DNA of 63,063 nt, the filler included, from Octopus bimaculoides (taxonomy: Eukaryota), in assembly GCF_001194135.2 (NCBI RefSeq). It is 9 parts of 7 records of this genome, joined end to end, with 100 filler letters (N's around TTAATTAATTAA, not from the genome) between each part and the next. Parts side by side here need not be neighbours in the genome. Positions count along the whole stretch, not along the records: positions 20,329 to 48,718 come from NC_068994.1; positions 48,819 to 53,773 come from NC_068983.1; 7 more parts are not named here. One strand, given 5' to 3'. The translations under genes were made by a program, and so were the position numbers. The notes under the pieces were generated by a model that saw only the letters and a program-made list of their open reading frames with translations, was not told the origin of the DNA and ran no database searches. How positions within the stretch are numbered: the stretch's first letter is position 1; each line of letters opens with the position of its first letter. Below are positions 39,904 to 50,956 of the stretch, in pieces.

Positions 39904-39925
39904 CTGAGTGTCNNNNNNNNNNNNN

Positions 39926-39986
<61 letters not shown>

Positions 39987-40154
39987 CTGAGTGTCTATGC
40001 GTTTTTTAGAAGTTCTCAAGTAAACGTGTATGCATGTTTATGCATCAGAAACCGATAGAATATTGGCGGCGAGCTGGCAGAAACGTTAGCACGCCGAGCG
40101 ATATGCTTAGCGGTATTTCGTCAGCCGTTACGTTCTGAGTTCAAATTTCCCAAA

Positions 40155-40200
40155 GACACCTGATGAAAGCTGGAGGGTATATCAGCCGAAACGTTGTGTT
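40155..40200 (+). ncRNA. Minimal type I hammerhead motif (Penelope pLTR type)
   Basis: GACAC-CTGATGA-AA-GCTG(gagggtatat)CAGC-C-GAAA-CGTT-GTGTT. Stem I GACAC/GTGTT; stem III is reduced to the palindrome ACGT. Confidence 0.6.
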
Positions 40201-40663
40201 AACAACAAACAAGATGATGACAAATATCCGTCAGATGTAAATAATGTAAATAACAAACGTTTTGTTATATTATTTAGTTGAATAACGTTAGCACGCCGGG
40301 CGAAATGCTTAGCAGTATTTCGTCTCTGTCTTTACCTGAGTTCAAACTCCACCGAGGTCAACTTTGCCTTTCATGCTTTTGGAGTCGATAAATTAAGTAC
40401 CAGTTGCGTACTGGCGTCGATCTAATCGACTAGCCCTCTCACCAAAATTTCGGGCCTTGTGCCTAGAGTAGAAAAGATTATTTAGTTCAATGAAAAAATT
40501 TAAACTTCATCTTTATTAACAACAAGACAAATAACAGCGTGATCCATATAATTCTTCTTTCTTTGTCATTCTGATAACGGACAAGTTTTTTTAAGAATTC
40601 TCTTTTACTTGCTTCAGTCAGTGGACTGTATCCATGTTGGAGGCACCGCCTTCAAGAGATTAT

Positions 40664-40920
40664 CCTTGTGGTTCTCAATCATTTTTTACTTATGGATTCT
40701 TTGATTCCCATTTTACTTGGATGGCTCCTTCTAATCATTTGGTATTTTGAAAATTCTGTATTTTTATAATTAAATATTATTCGGAATTGTATATAAAAAA
40801 AAATTGTTGAAATATTTTGTGTATTGTAGAAGTGTAGCCAATTTATTGTACATAAATTTTAAAGTCAAAATCTTATATGGACCGCCAAGAGCCATATGGG
40901 CCCTGGTTGAAAACTACTGG
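40664..40920. mobile_element. Degenerate hAT-like MITE
   Basis: Ends GTGGTTCTCAATC ... GGTTGAAAACTACTGG resemble CAGTGGTTCTCAACC-type TIRs. No clean TSD seen. Confidence 0.4.
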
Positions 40921-41036
40921 TTTAAACTATCAGTCCGTTTTTACCAAACGACTAAACACGGGAATGTAAACAAACCGACACATGCAGTCAAGCGGTGTGT
41001 GTGTGTGTGTGAATATACGCATTCTCTCTCTCTCTG

Positions 41037-41067
<31 letters not shown>

Positions 41068-41480
41068 TCCGCGCTTTAGATTAGTTAAAATATGTTTGTG
41101 ACATATTTCAACTGGTAAAGGCTAATTCACTGCAGTTATCGTAGAGGAAAAAAAAAATCTCTCACGTTGCTAAAAGGTGTAAAAATAGCATATCTGTCCA
41201 GTACTGCCACCTGTCGGATTCCCAGACATCAATCTTTTTAATTCTTTAGGCGTTATCAGTGGGAAATACCGAAGAGAGGCAACTCAGGACAGACCTAATC
41301 TAAGCCGTGACGTTAACAAAAATACAGTCAACAACTGATTTGTGACAGTAGACCGTCAAGGACGTGAAAATTACTGTGATATTAGCGCCAAGCTGTATTT
41401 GGGCATAAGTAAACTTTAGGCTAGTTAAAATATGTTTGTGACATATTTCAACTGTTATAATTCTTAAACAAGAATATTAT

Positions 41481-41546
41481 TGACTTCGAAGTTTGATCAG
41501 TTAAGCCATCGTTGGATTGGCTTAGCTGGCTGAATTTTCGAAGTCA
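41481..41546 (+). other. 66-nt near-perfect hairpin (pre-miRNA-like or MITE-derived foldback)
   Basis: 28/29-nt arms giving 27 pairs (5 G-U), 1 mismatch, 1 bulge and a 9-nt loop. Confidence 0.6.
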
Positions 41547-41672
41547 CTGTGATTTATTTTTCTTGTTTAAGAAAAATGAATTTGTACTCTACAAAAGTAT
41601 AACTGAGTAGCCTATCAGATTAATGTAAATCTGTTTTTATTATAACTGAACAAAAGCAAATATTTATATATA

Positions 41673-42130
41673 CGATGTCTGGTCAATAAGTATCTGGACT
41701 GTTGCCATAGTAACGAAGCTAAAGCACGCAGAGTTAAGCTGTTTGGCAAATATTGACCTTGAACTCTGCTGTGCATGCGCACAAAGTTTTAACGTTCTAG
41801 CTTATTTCTGCTGTTTACAGCAGTGCTTGGAATGAAGGTGTGTAGCGTGTGATCGTCGCATTGACAATGACAAAGAAAGCTGTCATGGCGATACCTGCTC
41901 AGGGGCCTACGAAAAGTTGCAGAAAGTGTATGGAGAGGAGTGTATGAGTTTCACACAAGTGTACGAGTGTTTTAGACATTTCCAAGATGGCCGAAAAAAT
42001 GTCGACATTGACGAACGTTCTGGGAGATCCGCAACCAGCAGAACTGAGGAAAAATCGCAGATATGTGTGCAGCTGTCAGGGAAAACCGTCGAATCACTAT
42101 CCGTGAGTTATGAGAGGATGCTCAGATTAG
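41673..42130 (+). mobile_element. Mariner (Tc1/mariner) remnant: 5' end and transposase HTH region
   Basis: Begins TA|CGATGTCTGGTCAATAAGTATC. Encodes QKVYGEECMSFTQVYECFRHFQDGRKNVDIDERSGR, a mariner N-terminal HTH. The catalytic domain is missing. Confidence 0.8.
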
Positions 42131-42226
42131 TTACGTACTGTCGACAAAACAGGTTAAATCGTCATGCCAAATCACCAACGTCCAAACAGCCGCGCCCAAT
42201 TTACTCATTCCGTGCTGCTGCTGCTG

Positions 42227-42268
<42 letters not shown>

Positions 42269-42534
42269 TAGATTACTCAACTTCAGTTTGATTAATGCTG
42301 GCCGAAAGGTTTGTCTTGTAGAGGAGTATTAGGGATTGGTTAAGTAGGCGGGAAGGCGAAAGGCTGAGAGGGTGCGAGGGTGAGTGGTGGAGTGATAAAT
42401 GACAATAATTCAAGAGTGAACAAATATAATAAAATACGCGAATAAAAACAAAACAAAGATTAAAAAAAACAAACAAACCAAAACAACAAAATCAGCAAAA
42501 CAACACAATCGATTAAACCCTACCAACTTTCCTA

Positions 42535-42579
<45 letters not shown>

Positions 42580-42691
42580 CATACACACACATGCGTGCAT
42601 ATTCTTATGCAAACACGTACATATGCACACGCTTACACATACACGCCCGCGCACAGTAAGTAAAGATAAGAGCATAGATAGGCTGCAGCGA

Positions 42692-42720
42692 CCTCTATAT
42701 ATCAGCAACGGCTTATATAT
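42692..42720 (+). promoter_or_regulatory. Candidate TATA-like elements upstream of gene B
   Basis: CTCTATATAT and CTTATATATG about 70-100 nt upstream of the ATG. TATA-like runs are common in this genome. Confidence 0.3.
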
Positions 42721-42790
42721 GCCTTTCTATTGAAGCCTGGTTCCAGACCATCATCGGTTTTGTCCAAGGAACACCACAACCACCAGCAAA

Positions 42791-42944
42791 ATGTTGAATA
42801 TTTTGCAATTCTGTTTCCTTTGTTTAGTGCCATTGGCGGCCTCAACTGCTCCCAACTTGATGGCAATTCTCTCTCAGCAGAATGTCACCATTATGATTGA
42901 TCTCATCGAGGCTGCTGATCTTGCTGATTACGTGGCAATGCAAG
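42791..42944 (+). CDS. FAS1 gene B, coding exon 1: signal peptide plus start of FAS1 domain 1 (MLNILQFCFLCLVPLAASTAPNLMAILSQQNVTIMIDLIEAADLADYVAMQ-G)
   Basis: ATG in context AAAATG. 154 nt = 51 codons + 1, donor CAAG|GTGAGT (phase 1). LIEAADL is typical of the first FAS1 helices. Confidence 0.9.
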
Positions 42945-44035
42945 GTGAGTACATACCATTACTATTACATCAATTAGCCAACACTACAGTAAGGCGTAAC
43001 TACAACGACATCTACATTACCACAGCCAAACAACACCGCTTCTGTAACACTAAAATCCAAGTCTACATCAGCTTTTATCGCTAACTCAACCATTACTACA
43101 ATTACTATCACGACTACTGTGCTAAGCACAACTGCAGCCACTTCTATCACTACCAACATGACCTTTGTCACAGCAGCCACCCCAACAGTACATCAATTTT
43201 GGTCACAACTACTAACTCAACCTCTAGTACCATCACTATCGATCGACACAACCATCACGAATACTACCACCACTATCAGTACTAGCATCATCACTATCGC
43301 TTTCAAAACCAGAAAGGCGAAAGCTAATTCGTAGACTACAGATCCAATCCATCACTGGAACTGTAAAAATCTGTAAAACTTTCCAGAAGTTTATCATTTA
43401 AATATATATCAGCATGTCTTTATATGCAATTAAATGCATGAGAATACATACATAAAGCAAAACATACAAATCTGCACATATACATACAAACATACATACA
43501 TGCAAAAATACCCTGTTGTAGAAGGAGCCTTGGATCTAGGTTAGAAACTGGCTCTTTCTTTATTGGCAAGAAATCTTGAAATAAAACTGAACAACAACAT
43601 ACATACAAATTTGCATAAAAACCTAGAAATACTCGGTTTCACGAAAAAGGAGCAAAACAAACTGACGCGGATTCTCCAAATACAATCTATTAGTGGCACA
43701 GTGAAGGTCTGTAAGATATTCTAAAAGTTCTTTATTTGAGATTCTTATGTGAATAGTTGCACATACTTGGGTGCGAGAATCAACAGCTCAACCACCCCAC
43801 CGCTTCAGTCACATATTTACAAACACCGGGAACTCTCTTAATTCAAAAAGTCTTGTCGCTTTGTTAGTGACTGGTTTAAACTCAAGAACTGAAATAAAAC
43901 TCACAGAAAAATCATACAAACATACATACATGCATACATACATACATACATACATAATATACATACATATGTATTTAACATCGGTTAAAAAGAATTAAGT
44001 ATATACATTTAAAACTGTTGTTTTCCTTTTTGCAG

Positions 44036-44253
44036 GTCCCATGACACTCATTGCTCCCACCGATGAAGCATTCAGAAATCAACCAGCAGGTTTTATCGAC
44101 GATCTAAAAGCAGACAAGGCCCGCGTAAAGAATTACGTTAGATACCATTTGATACACGGTGACATATTCAGCTGGGATATCTCACGCAGCACCAACATCC
44201 GGGCACAAAATGGCCATATCCTTCGCTTTTATTATCAGCCGAAACACTTTGGA
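44036..44253 (+). CDS. FAS1 gene B, exon 2 (GPMTLIAPTDEAF...YVRYHLIHG...LRFYYQPKHFG)
   Basis: Acceptor ttttcctttttgcag|GT, donor GGA|GTAAGT, 218 nt, phase 1 to 0. H1 (TLIAPTDEAF) and YH motifs. Confidence 0.95.
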
Positions 44254-44949
44254 GTAAGTGGTTCTTTTCTTTCTATTTTTCTTCTACTTTTTTGTTTGTT
44301 ACAACGGATGCTTCTTGTTCTCCGTCTTTCTCCCTCCCTTCCTCACACATACCCACATGCACACCTGCACACACACACACACACACACACATACATATGT
44401 TTGTGTGTCTGTGTTTGACCCCTACCGTCGCCTGACAACCGATGTTGGTGTGTTTACGTTCCTGTTACCTAGTAGTTCAGCAAAAGGGACCGATAGAATA
44501 AGCACTAGGCTTACAAAGAATAAGTACACACACACACATACACACGCGCGCACGCACACATATACGCATGCAGACAGACATACAAACAGACAGACACATA
44601 AACATACACACCCACCTACCTACAAACCTACCTACCTGCCTACCTACCTATCTACCTGCCTGCCTACCTACCTACATACATACATCCATCCATACATACA
44701 TACTTACAGTGGAACAGGTACTGCATGAATACAGAATTTTCGAAAATATGTTCTTTTTCTTGGTTTAAAAAAAATCTTTTTTTATTGTTTAATTTTTCTC
44801 TCTTTTTCTTTTTAACTGGAACTGCTTATCAAACCAAACCAAATGTCATTATCATTAGTGGGACTCATAAATTAGAACCCATTTTTATGAATTAGAAACC
44901 ATTATTAGGGTTCATATAGGTCTTACACAACTGCTCTCCCTGGTCAACC

Positions 44950-45234
44950 CAGGGGTTCTCAAACTGTGGTCCGCGGACCACAGGGGGTCCGCAAGGACAA
45001 GACAGGGGGTCCGTGGACAGCAAATACTTTTTATGGGCAATTTGATTTTATATATGTTTTTTAATCGAAATATTTTAATTGACAATAAACCTATTTGTTA
45101 AATACATATATAAAAATATATGTTATTTTAAGCAAATATTTATGTATAAATTTCATAAGCGTTTATAAGGGGGTCCCTAAGGTAAAGCCTGAAATATAAA
45201 GGGGTCCGCAAGTCAAAAAGTTTGAAAACTCCTG
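44950..45234 (+). mobile_element. hAT-type MITE, copy 1 (gene B intron 2)
   Basis: TIRs CAGGGGTTCTCAAACT / AGTTTGAAAACTCCTG. 8-bp TSD GGTCAACC / GGTTAACC (7/8 match). Confidence 0.85.
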
Positions 45235-46124
45235 GGTTAACCAATTCACTCATTTGCTTATTCATGCATTTATATATTTATTCATTTATTCTGTTAACTA
45301 TTCATTTATTCTTTTAACTTATTCATCTCTTATTTAATTATTCATCTATTACTTGTCATTATTTGTCACTTATTCTATATCTCATTAATTTTACTCTATT
45401 TTTCTGCGTCGTATATGTTGAATTTTATTTATTTGCTCACCTTATCCCCTTTCATCCCGCTCCTGCTCATTCGAACACTTTTATATGGATTTGCAGAGCC
45501 GTAAGAGCATCGGACAGAACGACTCGTAGTATTTGTTCCGACTCTTTGTGCTCTGAGTTCGAATCTCGCTGACGCCAATTCTTTCTCTTTAAACAACTTG
45601 CCATGTATCTAAAATAGATACAGATTATTATTATTATTATTATTATTATTGAGTGAGAGAGCAGTGCACGCCATCAAAGTGACACTGCAGTAAAATATAC
45701 GAAGCCCAGTATACCCATCATGACCACCCGACTGATAAGGGTACACCAGGCACATGCATCACAACCACATATGTGCGACATAGTGATCTTATATCAAGTT
45801 AAACAGCGCATGACCTCGCAGGTGGGGTCCAGTTAGAATTTTCTTCAGGTCGAGTAGCCCATCTCGTTCAAAAGTCCCTGAATAAGGTTTGTTTAAGGAT
45901 GTTGAACAAAACACCTATGTTTCCAAAGTTGAATTATCCAAACCCCAAAGAATTCCTCTGAACATACGGCCTTGATGCTCCCCCACTACTTCTGCTCGTG
46001 ATCAGAGATGCACATATCGTCAGCCACCAAGGGACATGCTCAACTAGTTATGGTCAAACAACTGAAAAGCAAATCTGTGGTACTGAGTAGAATATTTGCT
46101 GTAGCCCATCTTTTATACCAAGAC

Positions 46125-46158
<34 letters not shown>

Positions 46159-46212
46159 TTATTATTATCATTATTATTATTATTTCAATTCTTACTTTCT
46201 TTCATTTGACAG

Positions 46213-46417
46213 GAAGTACCCACTCTGAGAGTGAATACAGCCGATGTGATCAAACACGATATCCAAGCTAATAACGGTGTTATTCAGTTGGTGGATGATG
46301 TCCTTAACGTGCCCGAAGGTACAGTGGAACAGGTACTTCTGAATAACGGCAACTTGACCTCCATAACTAACATCACATTTATTAGCCATCTGAACTACTT
46401 GCTGAATAAAACTCGAG
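46213..46417 (+). CDS. FAS1 gene B, exon 3 (EVPTLRVNTADVIKHDIQANNGVIQLVDDVLNVPEGTVEQVLLNNGNLTSITNITFISHLNYLLNKTR)
   Basis: Acceptor ttctttcatttgacag|GAA, donor G|GTGAGT, 205 nt, phase 0 to 1. H2-like ANNGVIQLVDDVL. Confidence 0.93.
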
Positions 46418-46989
46418 GTGAGTTGCTTGTTGCTGCCATTAGAACTGAAAACGTTAGACAAATAGATGGGTAAGGCGGTGTTAGATTATGAACGCATCTG
46501 CCGAAGTATCGCCAGTTCAGAGCTTGTTGCCATTGCTATCCTGATCCTTGATAATAACCAGTTCACAGCAAAGTTTGCCGACTTTGATTGATAATAGAGT
46601 ATAACTGTTATCCCTTTTCACTCCTAGTCTTCATTCCATTAAATAAGGGAATTCCTATTTATAAGTCCCACTTGGAAAATTTCCCTTTGAAAAACATGCT
46701 TGGTGATTTTTTTTTTTATGGAAGACAAGCAGTTGCTCATGTTTGCAAATCTTCCCTCTCCGCGTCACTGATGTTTTCCAAGTGTGACAAAAGTGCATAT
46801 TCAACTTATGTTACAAACACGAGCAAACTTTAATGCACGTCTATATTGGAGATATGTAGAGCATATTATAAACATAAAGAAATATAAATATTCAAATAAT
46901 TTAGTTTCTTGGACATAAATAAATTTCGTATGATCCAACACACTCATCAGTGATACGAAAAACAGGAAATAATGTTGAAATGCAGATAC

Positions 46990-47228
46990 TTAAAACTTTC
47001 TTCAAACCAACCCGCCTGACACTGTTCTTGGTTCTTCGATATAATTTTTTTGTTTTAAAGTGACCTAAATTAAAACCCTCATCAAAATTTCATGCTAATC
47101 CCTGTTCCAAATATCAGCGAAGAAAGTTGTTTTACTAAATTCTTCATTATGTTAAAAAAAACCCGAAAAAAACAAAAAACAAAAAAAAAACTGTGATTTA
47201 AACAAAAATATGGTGACGAAAGGGTTAA
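46990..47228. mobile_element. piggyBac-like MITE, degenerate
   Basis: Right end CGAAAGGG-TTAA (CCCTTT terminus plus TTAA). The left end TTAAAACTTTC is eroded. Confidence 0.4.
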
Positions 47229-47993
47229 GTGTTCAATCTCGCACGACGCATTTTATTTACTATATAACAGTTGTTGGTGGTTTAATTTCATCGAACGATG
47301 ACTGTGAAAACGTTCAGCTCTCCATAATTTTCACATGCGTACTTAATGTATTATATATCCTATTAATATGAACACTTATATATTAAAATACAGATCAGTG
47401 CTCAAGCAGTGAAGAATTTAATTCTCTAAAGTCGTCGGGTCATAAACATTCGGATACTTCATTTTGGATTCGTGATATTGAAATCGCTCTTTTGTACTGT
47501 TTGAGCAGACTTACGTGACCATCTGATCTTGTTATCACTATATAAGGCTACTTCGTATAATGTCTTCGCCTTATTTAAAACAATAGATTCTGATCGAGGG
47601 AAATTTTACTGTCCTTTCTAGAAAATCGTGCTATCATGTAGAGGCTCTTCATTTAGCACGAAGTTTCATGATGTTCTAGACGCAGCGGAATCTTTTATAG
47701 TTTACCACAGATGAGCACCAGCCTTCTTAGTTTATGGTGGAGACTGTATTTGTATATGATGAATCTAAAGTGAAATGAGCTGCTGCACACTCACACATAC
47801 ACACACGCACTCACGCGCGCAGCATTGTAATCGGGGCTACGGCCAAGTTCTTCAGGTAAAGAGAATGTCAGTGGACTTTTATCCTAATACAAAATACCCT
47901 TTGGTTAATCTGGTAAGCTATCACCGAGATTTACTGGGGGAATGGAGTAATATAGAATAGATTGCAAAATAAAATGCCTGTAGTTGATTAGAA

Positions 47994-48287
47994 CAGGGGT
48001 TTTCAAACTGTGGTCCGCGGACCACAGGGGTCCGCAAGGACAAGACAAGGGGTCTGTGAACAGCAAATACGTTTTATGGGCAATTTGATTTTATATATGG
48101 TTTTTAATCGAAATCTTTTAATTGACAATAAACCTATTTGTTAAATACTGTTAAATAAATAAATGTAAAAATATGTTATTTTAAGCAAATATTTATGTAT
48201 AAATTTCATAAGCGTTTATAAGGGGGTCCCTAAGGTAAAGCCTGAAATATAAAGGGGTCCGCAAGTCAAAAAGTTTGAAAACCCCTG
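47994..48287 (+). mobile_element. hAT-type MITE, copy 2 (gene B intron 3)
   Basis: Perfect 16-bp TIRs CAGGGGTTTTCAAACT / AGTTTGAAAACCCCTG. Perfect 8-bp TSD GATTAGAA. Confidence 0.92.
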
Positions 48288-48431
48288 GATTAGAACATGA
48301 GACATCTGAACAGACCGTCGCCGTCGCCGACATTTTCGAAAATGATTTCCCAATGAAATATCAATGTTTTTAAAATACAAAGTTACGCTGGCAGTAAATC
48401 TGAAATTTGTTTTTTTACCCCATCTTCTCAG

Positions 48432-48533
48432 CTGGTCGTCGTCAGACAGTATTTGCACCAAGTGATGATGCTTTCGAAAGAATGGACCAAACTGTTTTGC
48501 AGAAAATCCTCCAGCATTCCAATCTAGCGAGAG
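48432..48533 (+). CDS. FAS1 gene B, exon 4: H1 of domain 2 ([34 protein letters not shown])
   Basis: Acceptor catcttctcag|CT, donor G|GTTGGT, 102 nt, phase 1 to 1. [10 protein letters not shown] is H1. Confidence 0.9.
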
Positions 48534-48542
48534 GTTGGTATG

Positions 48543-48718
<176 letters not shown>

Positions 48719-48818
48719 NNNNNNNNNNNNNNNNNNNNNNNNNNNNNNNNNNNNNNNNNNNNTTAATTAATTAANNNNNNNNNNNNNNNNNNNNNNNNNN
48801 NNNNNNNNNNNNNNNNNN

Positions 48819-48863
<45 letters not shown>

Positions 48864-49862
48864 TAGTTATATTTATGTGTGTGTACATGAAAACTTATAC
48901 ATATATAACTATATATATTTACATACATACATACAAACAGAGACATATATACACACATACTGACACGTATGTCTGTGTGATTAAGTAGCTCACTTTGTAA
49001 CTACGACGTTTCGGGTTCAATCTCACAGCACAGCTGTAGCCTTGAACAAAAAAAAAAAGAAAAAATGAAAGCCCATTGTTTATATACATATATATAAGTA
49101 TGAATATGTGTACATATGTCATTGTTTATGTTTCTTTTCTCCACCGCTCGCAAGCCGATATTTTCGTGTTTATGTTTACTGTAGCAAGCACTTCGTCATA
49201 AGAGACCGATAGACTACGTATCGAACTTTCAAAAATAAGCTCTATGGTCAATTTGTTCCATTTAACTCATCAAGGTGGTATTCCTGCGTGGCTGCAATCC
49301 AATGACTGAAACAGGCAAATCACACAAATCTAAATAAGGCATTAAACATTATAATCGCCACTTGCGCAATATAGAATTCTTTGGCCATAAGAATATAATT
49401 TTTGATTCAATTGTCAGAGGTAAATTCTGCTTCACTCTTTACTGGGGGAGTGACAAGCAATTAGATACATACATAGACACTTTCCAAATTCTTTCTCAGT
49501 GCCCGTAAAAAAAAAAAAATTAACATAAAAGTAGTCGATTAGGGTGGAGGGACAGGATATGGACAGGAGATATTATTAAAACATCCAAAATGAACAATAA
49601 TGAAGAAACTCCGAACATCAATTAACCAATATCTAGAGTCTTTCATTTAAATTTCATTTATGTATGTATATGCATAGCATTGGTCAACTCTTGGCAATAA
49701 TAGAAGACACTTGACAAAGATGCGGTGTAAGGGAAGTTGAAACCATGGGATTGCAATGCAAACATATACACAGTCATGGCTGTCCCCGCAGGAGGGAGGG
49801 ACAGAGAGAGTGAGAGAGAGAGTGATAGAGAGAGAGTGAGAGAGAGAGAGAGAGAGAGACAG

Positions 49863-49897
<35 letters not shown>

Positions 49898-50636
49898 ATG
49901 AAAGAATGAATGAAAGAAAGTAAGAAAGGAAGAAAGAAAGGAAGAAAGAAAGGAAGAAAGAAAGAAAGCGAAGTCGGCAGTTGTAGCTTGTCAGACCGAA
50001 CATAATATTGGGGAGAAGGAAAGATAGTAGAGGTTTGTAGGAGTTGAGCTTGAATGAATGAATCATTAAACATAGATCTATGCTATTTGATAGTGTGATG
50101 GCGTAAGCTGGCAGCATATATATGCAAATACGTATATATAATAATAACAGTAAAAATAATAATAATAATAATAACAACAACAACAACAATAATAATAATA
50201 TAGTGTTAGACTAGCTCCACTGGGTTCTTCACTCCCACTGGTATGCTTTACAGATTTAACAACGTAACGTAGTTTATACGTGTTGTGTGTGTGTGTGTAT
50301 TTACACTTCATGCAAATATATATATGCCTGTAATATAATTGGGTCTCTTTGCCAAATTTACACCCACCTCTGATATATCCTGTCTGGTCTTGCGCCAAAC
50401 TGCACTATCTATACAGCAAGTGTGTTTTTTGTGACTGTGTGTGTGTATGTGCGTGTTCGTGCGTGTGAGTATTAGTAAGAGTGTGTGACTTTTTTTAGAT
50501 TTAATATCACTCACCACAGTTGTTGCTATGTTCGAGTATAGATTCACCAAAACTTCATCGTATACAAGCATGCATATACACACATAAGTACACAATCGCG
50601 TACGCGCACACACACACTCACATAACGATTTGTTGT

Positions 50637-50956
50637 TGGCACTCCGTCGCTGACGACTACGAAGGTTCCAGTTGATCCGATCAACAGAACAGCCTGCTCG
50701 TGAAATTAACGTGCAAGTGGCTGAGCACTCCACAGACACGTGTACCCTTAACGTAGTTCTCGGGGATATTCAGCGTGACACAGTGTGACAAGGCTGATCC
50801 TTTGAATTACAGGCACAACAGAAACAGGAAGTAAGAGTTAGAGAAAGTTGTGGTGAAAGAGTACAGCAAGGTTCGCCACCATCCCCTGCCGGAATCTCGT
50901 GGAGCTTTAGATGTTTTCGCTCAATAAACACTCACAACGCCCGGTCTGGGAATTGA
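50637..50956 (-). mobile_element. SINE family 3 copy, head lost in the gap
   Basis: High visible identity to 16352-16650. Confidence 0.85.
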
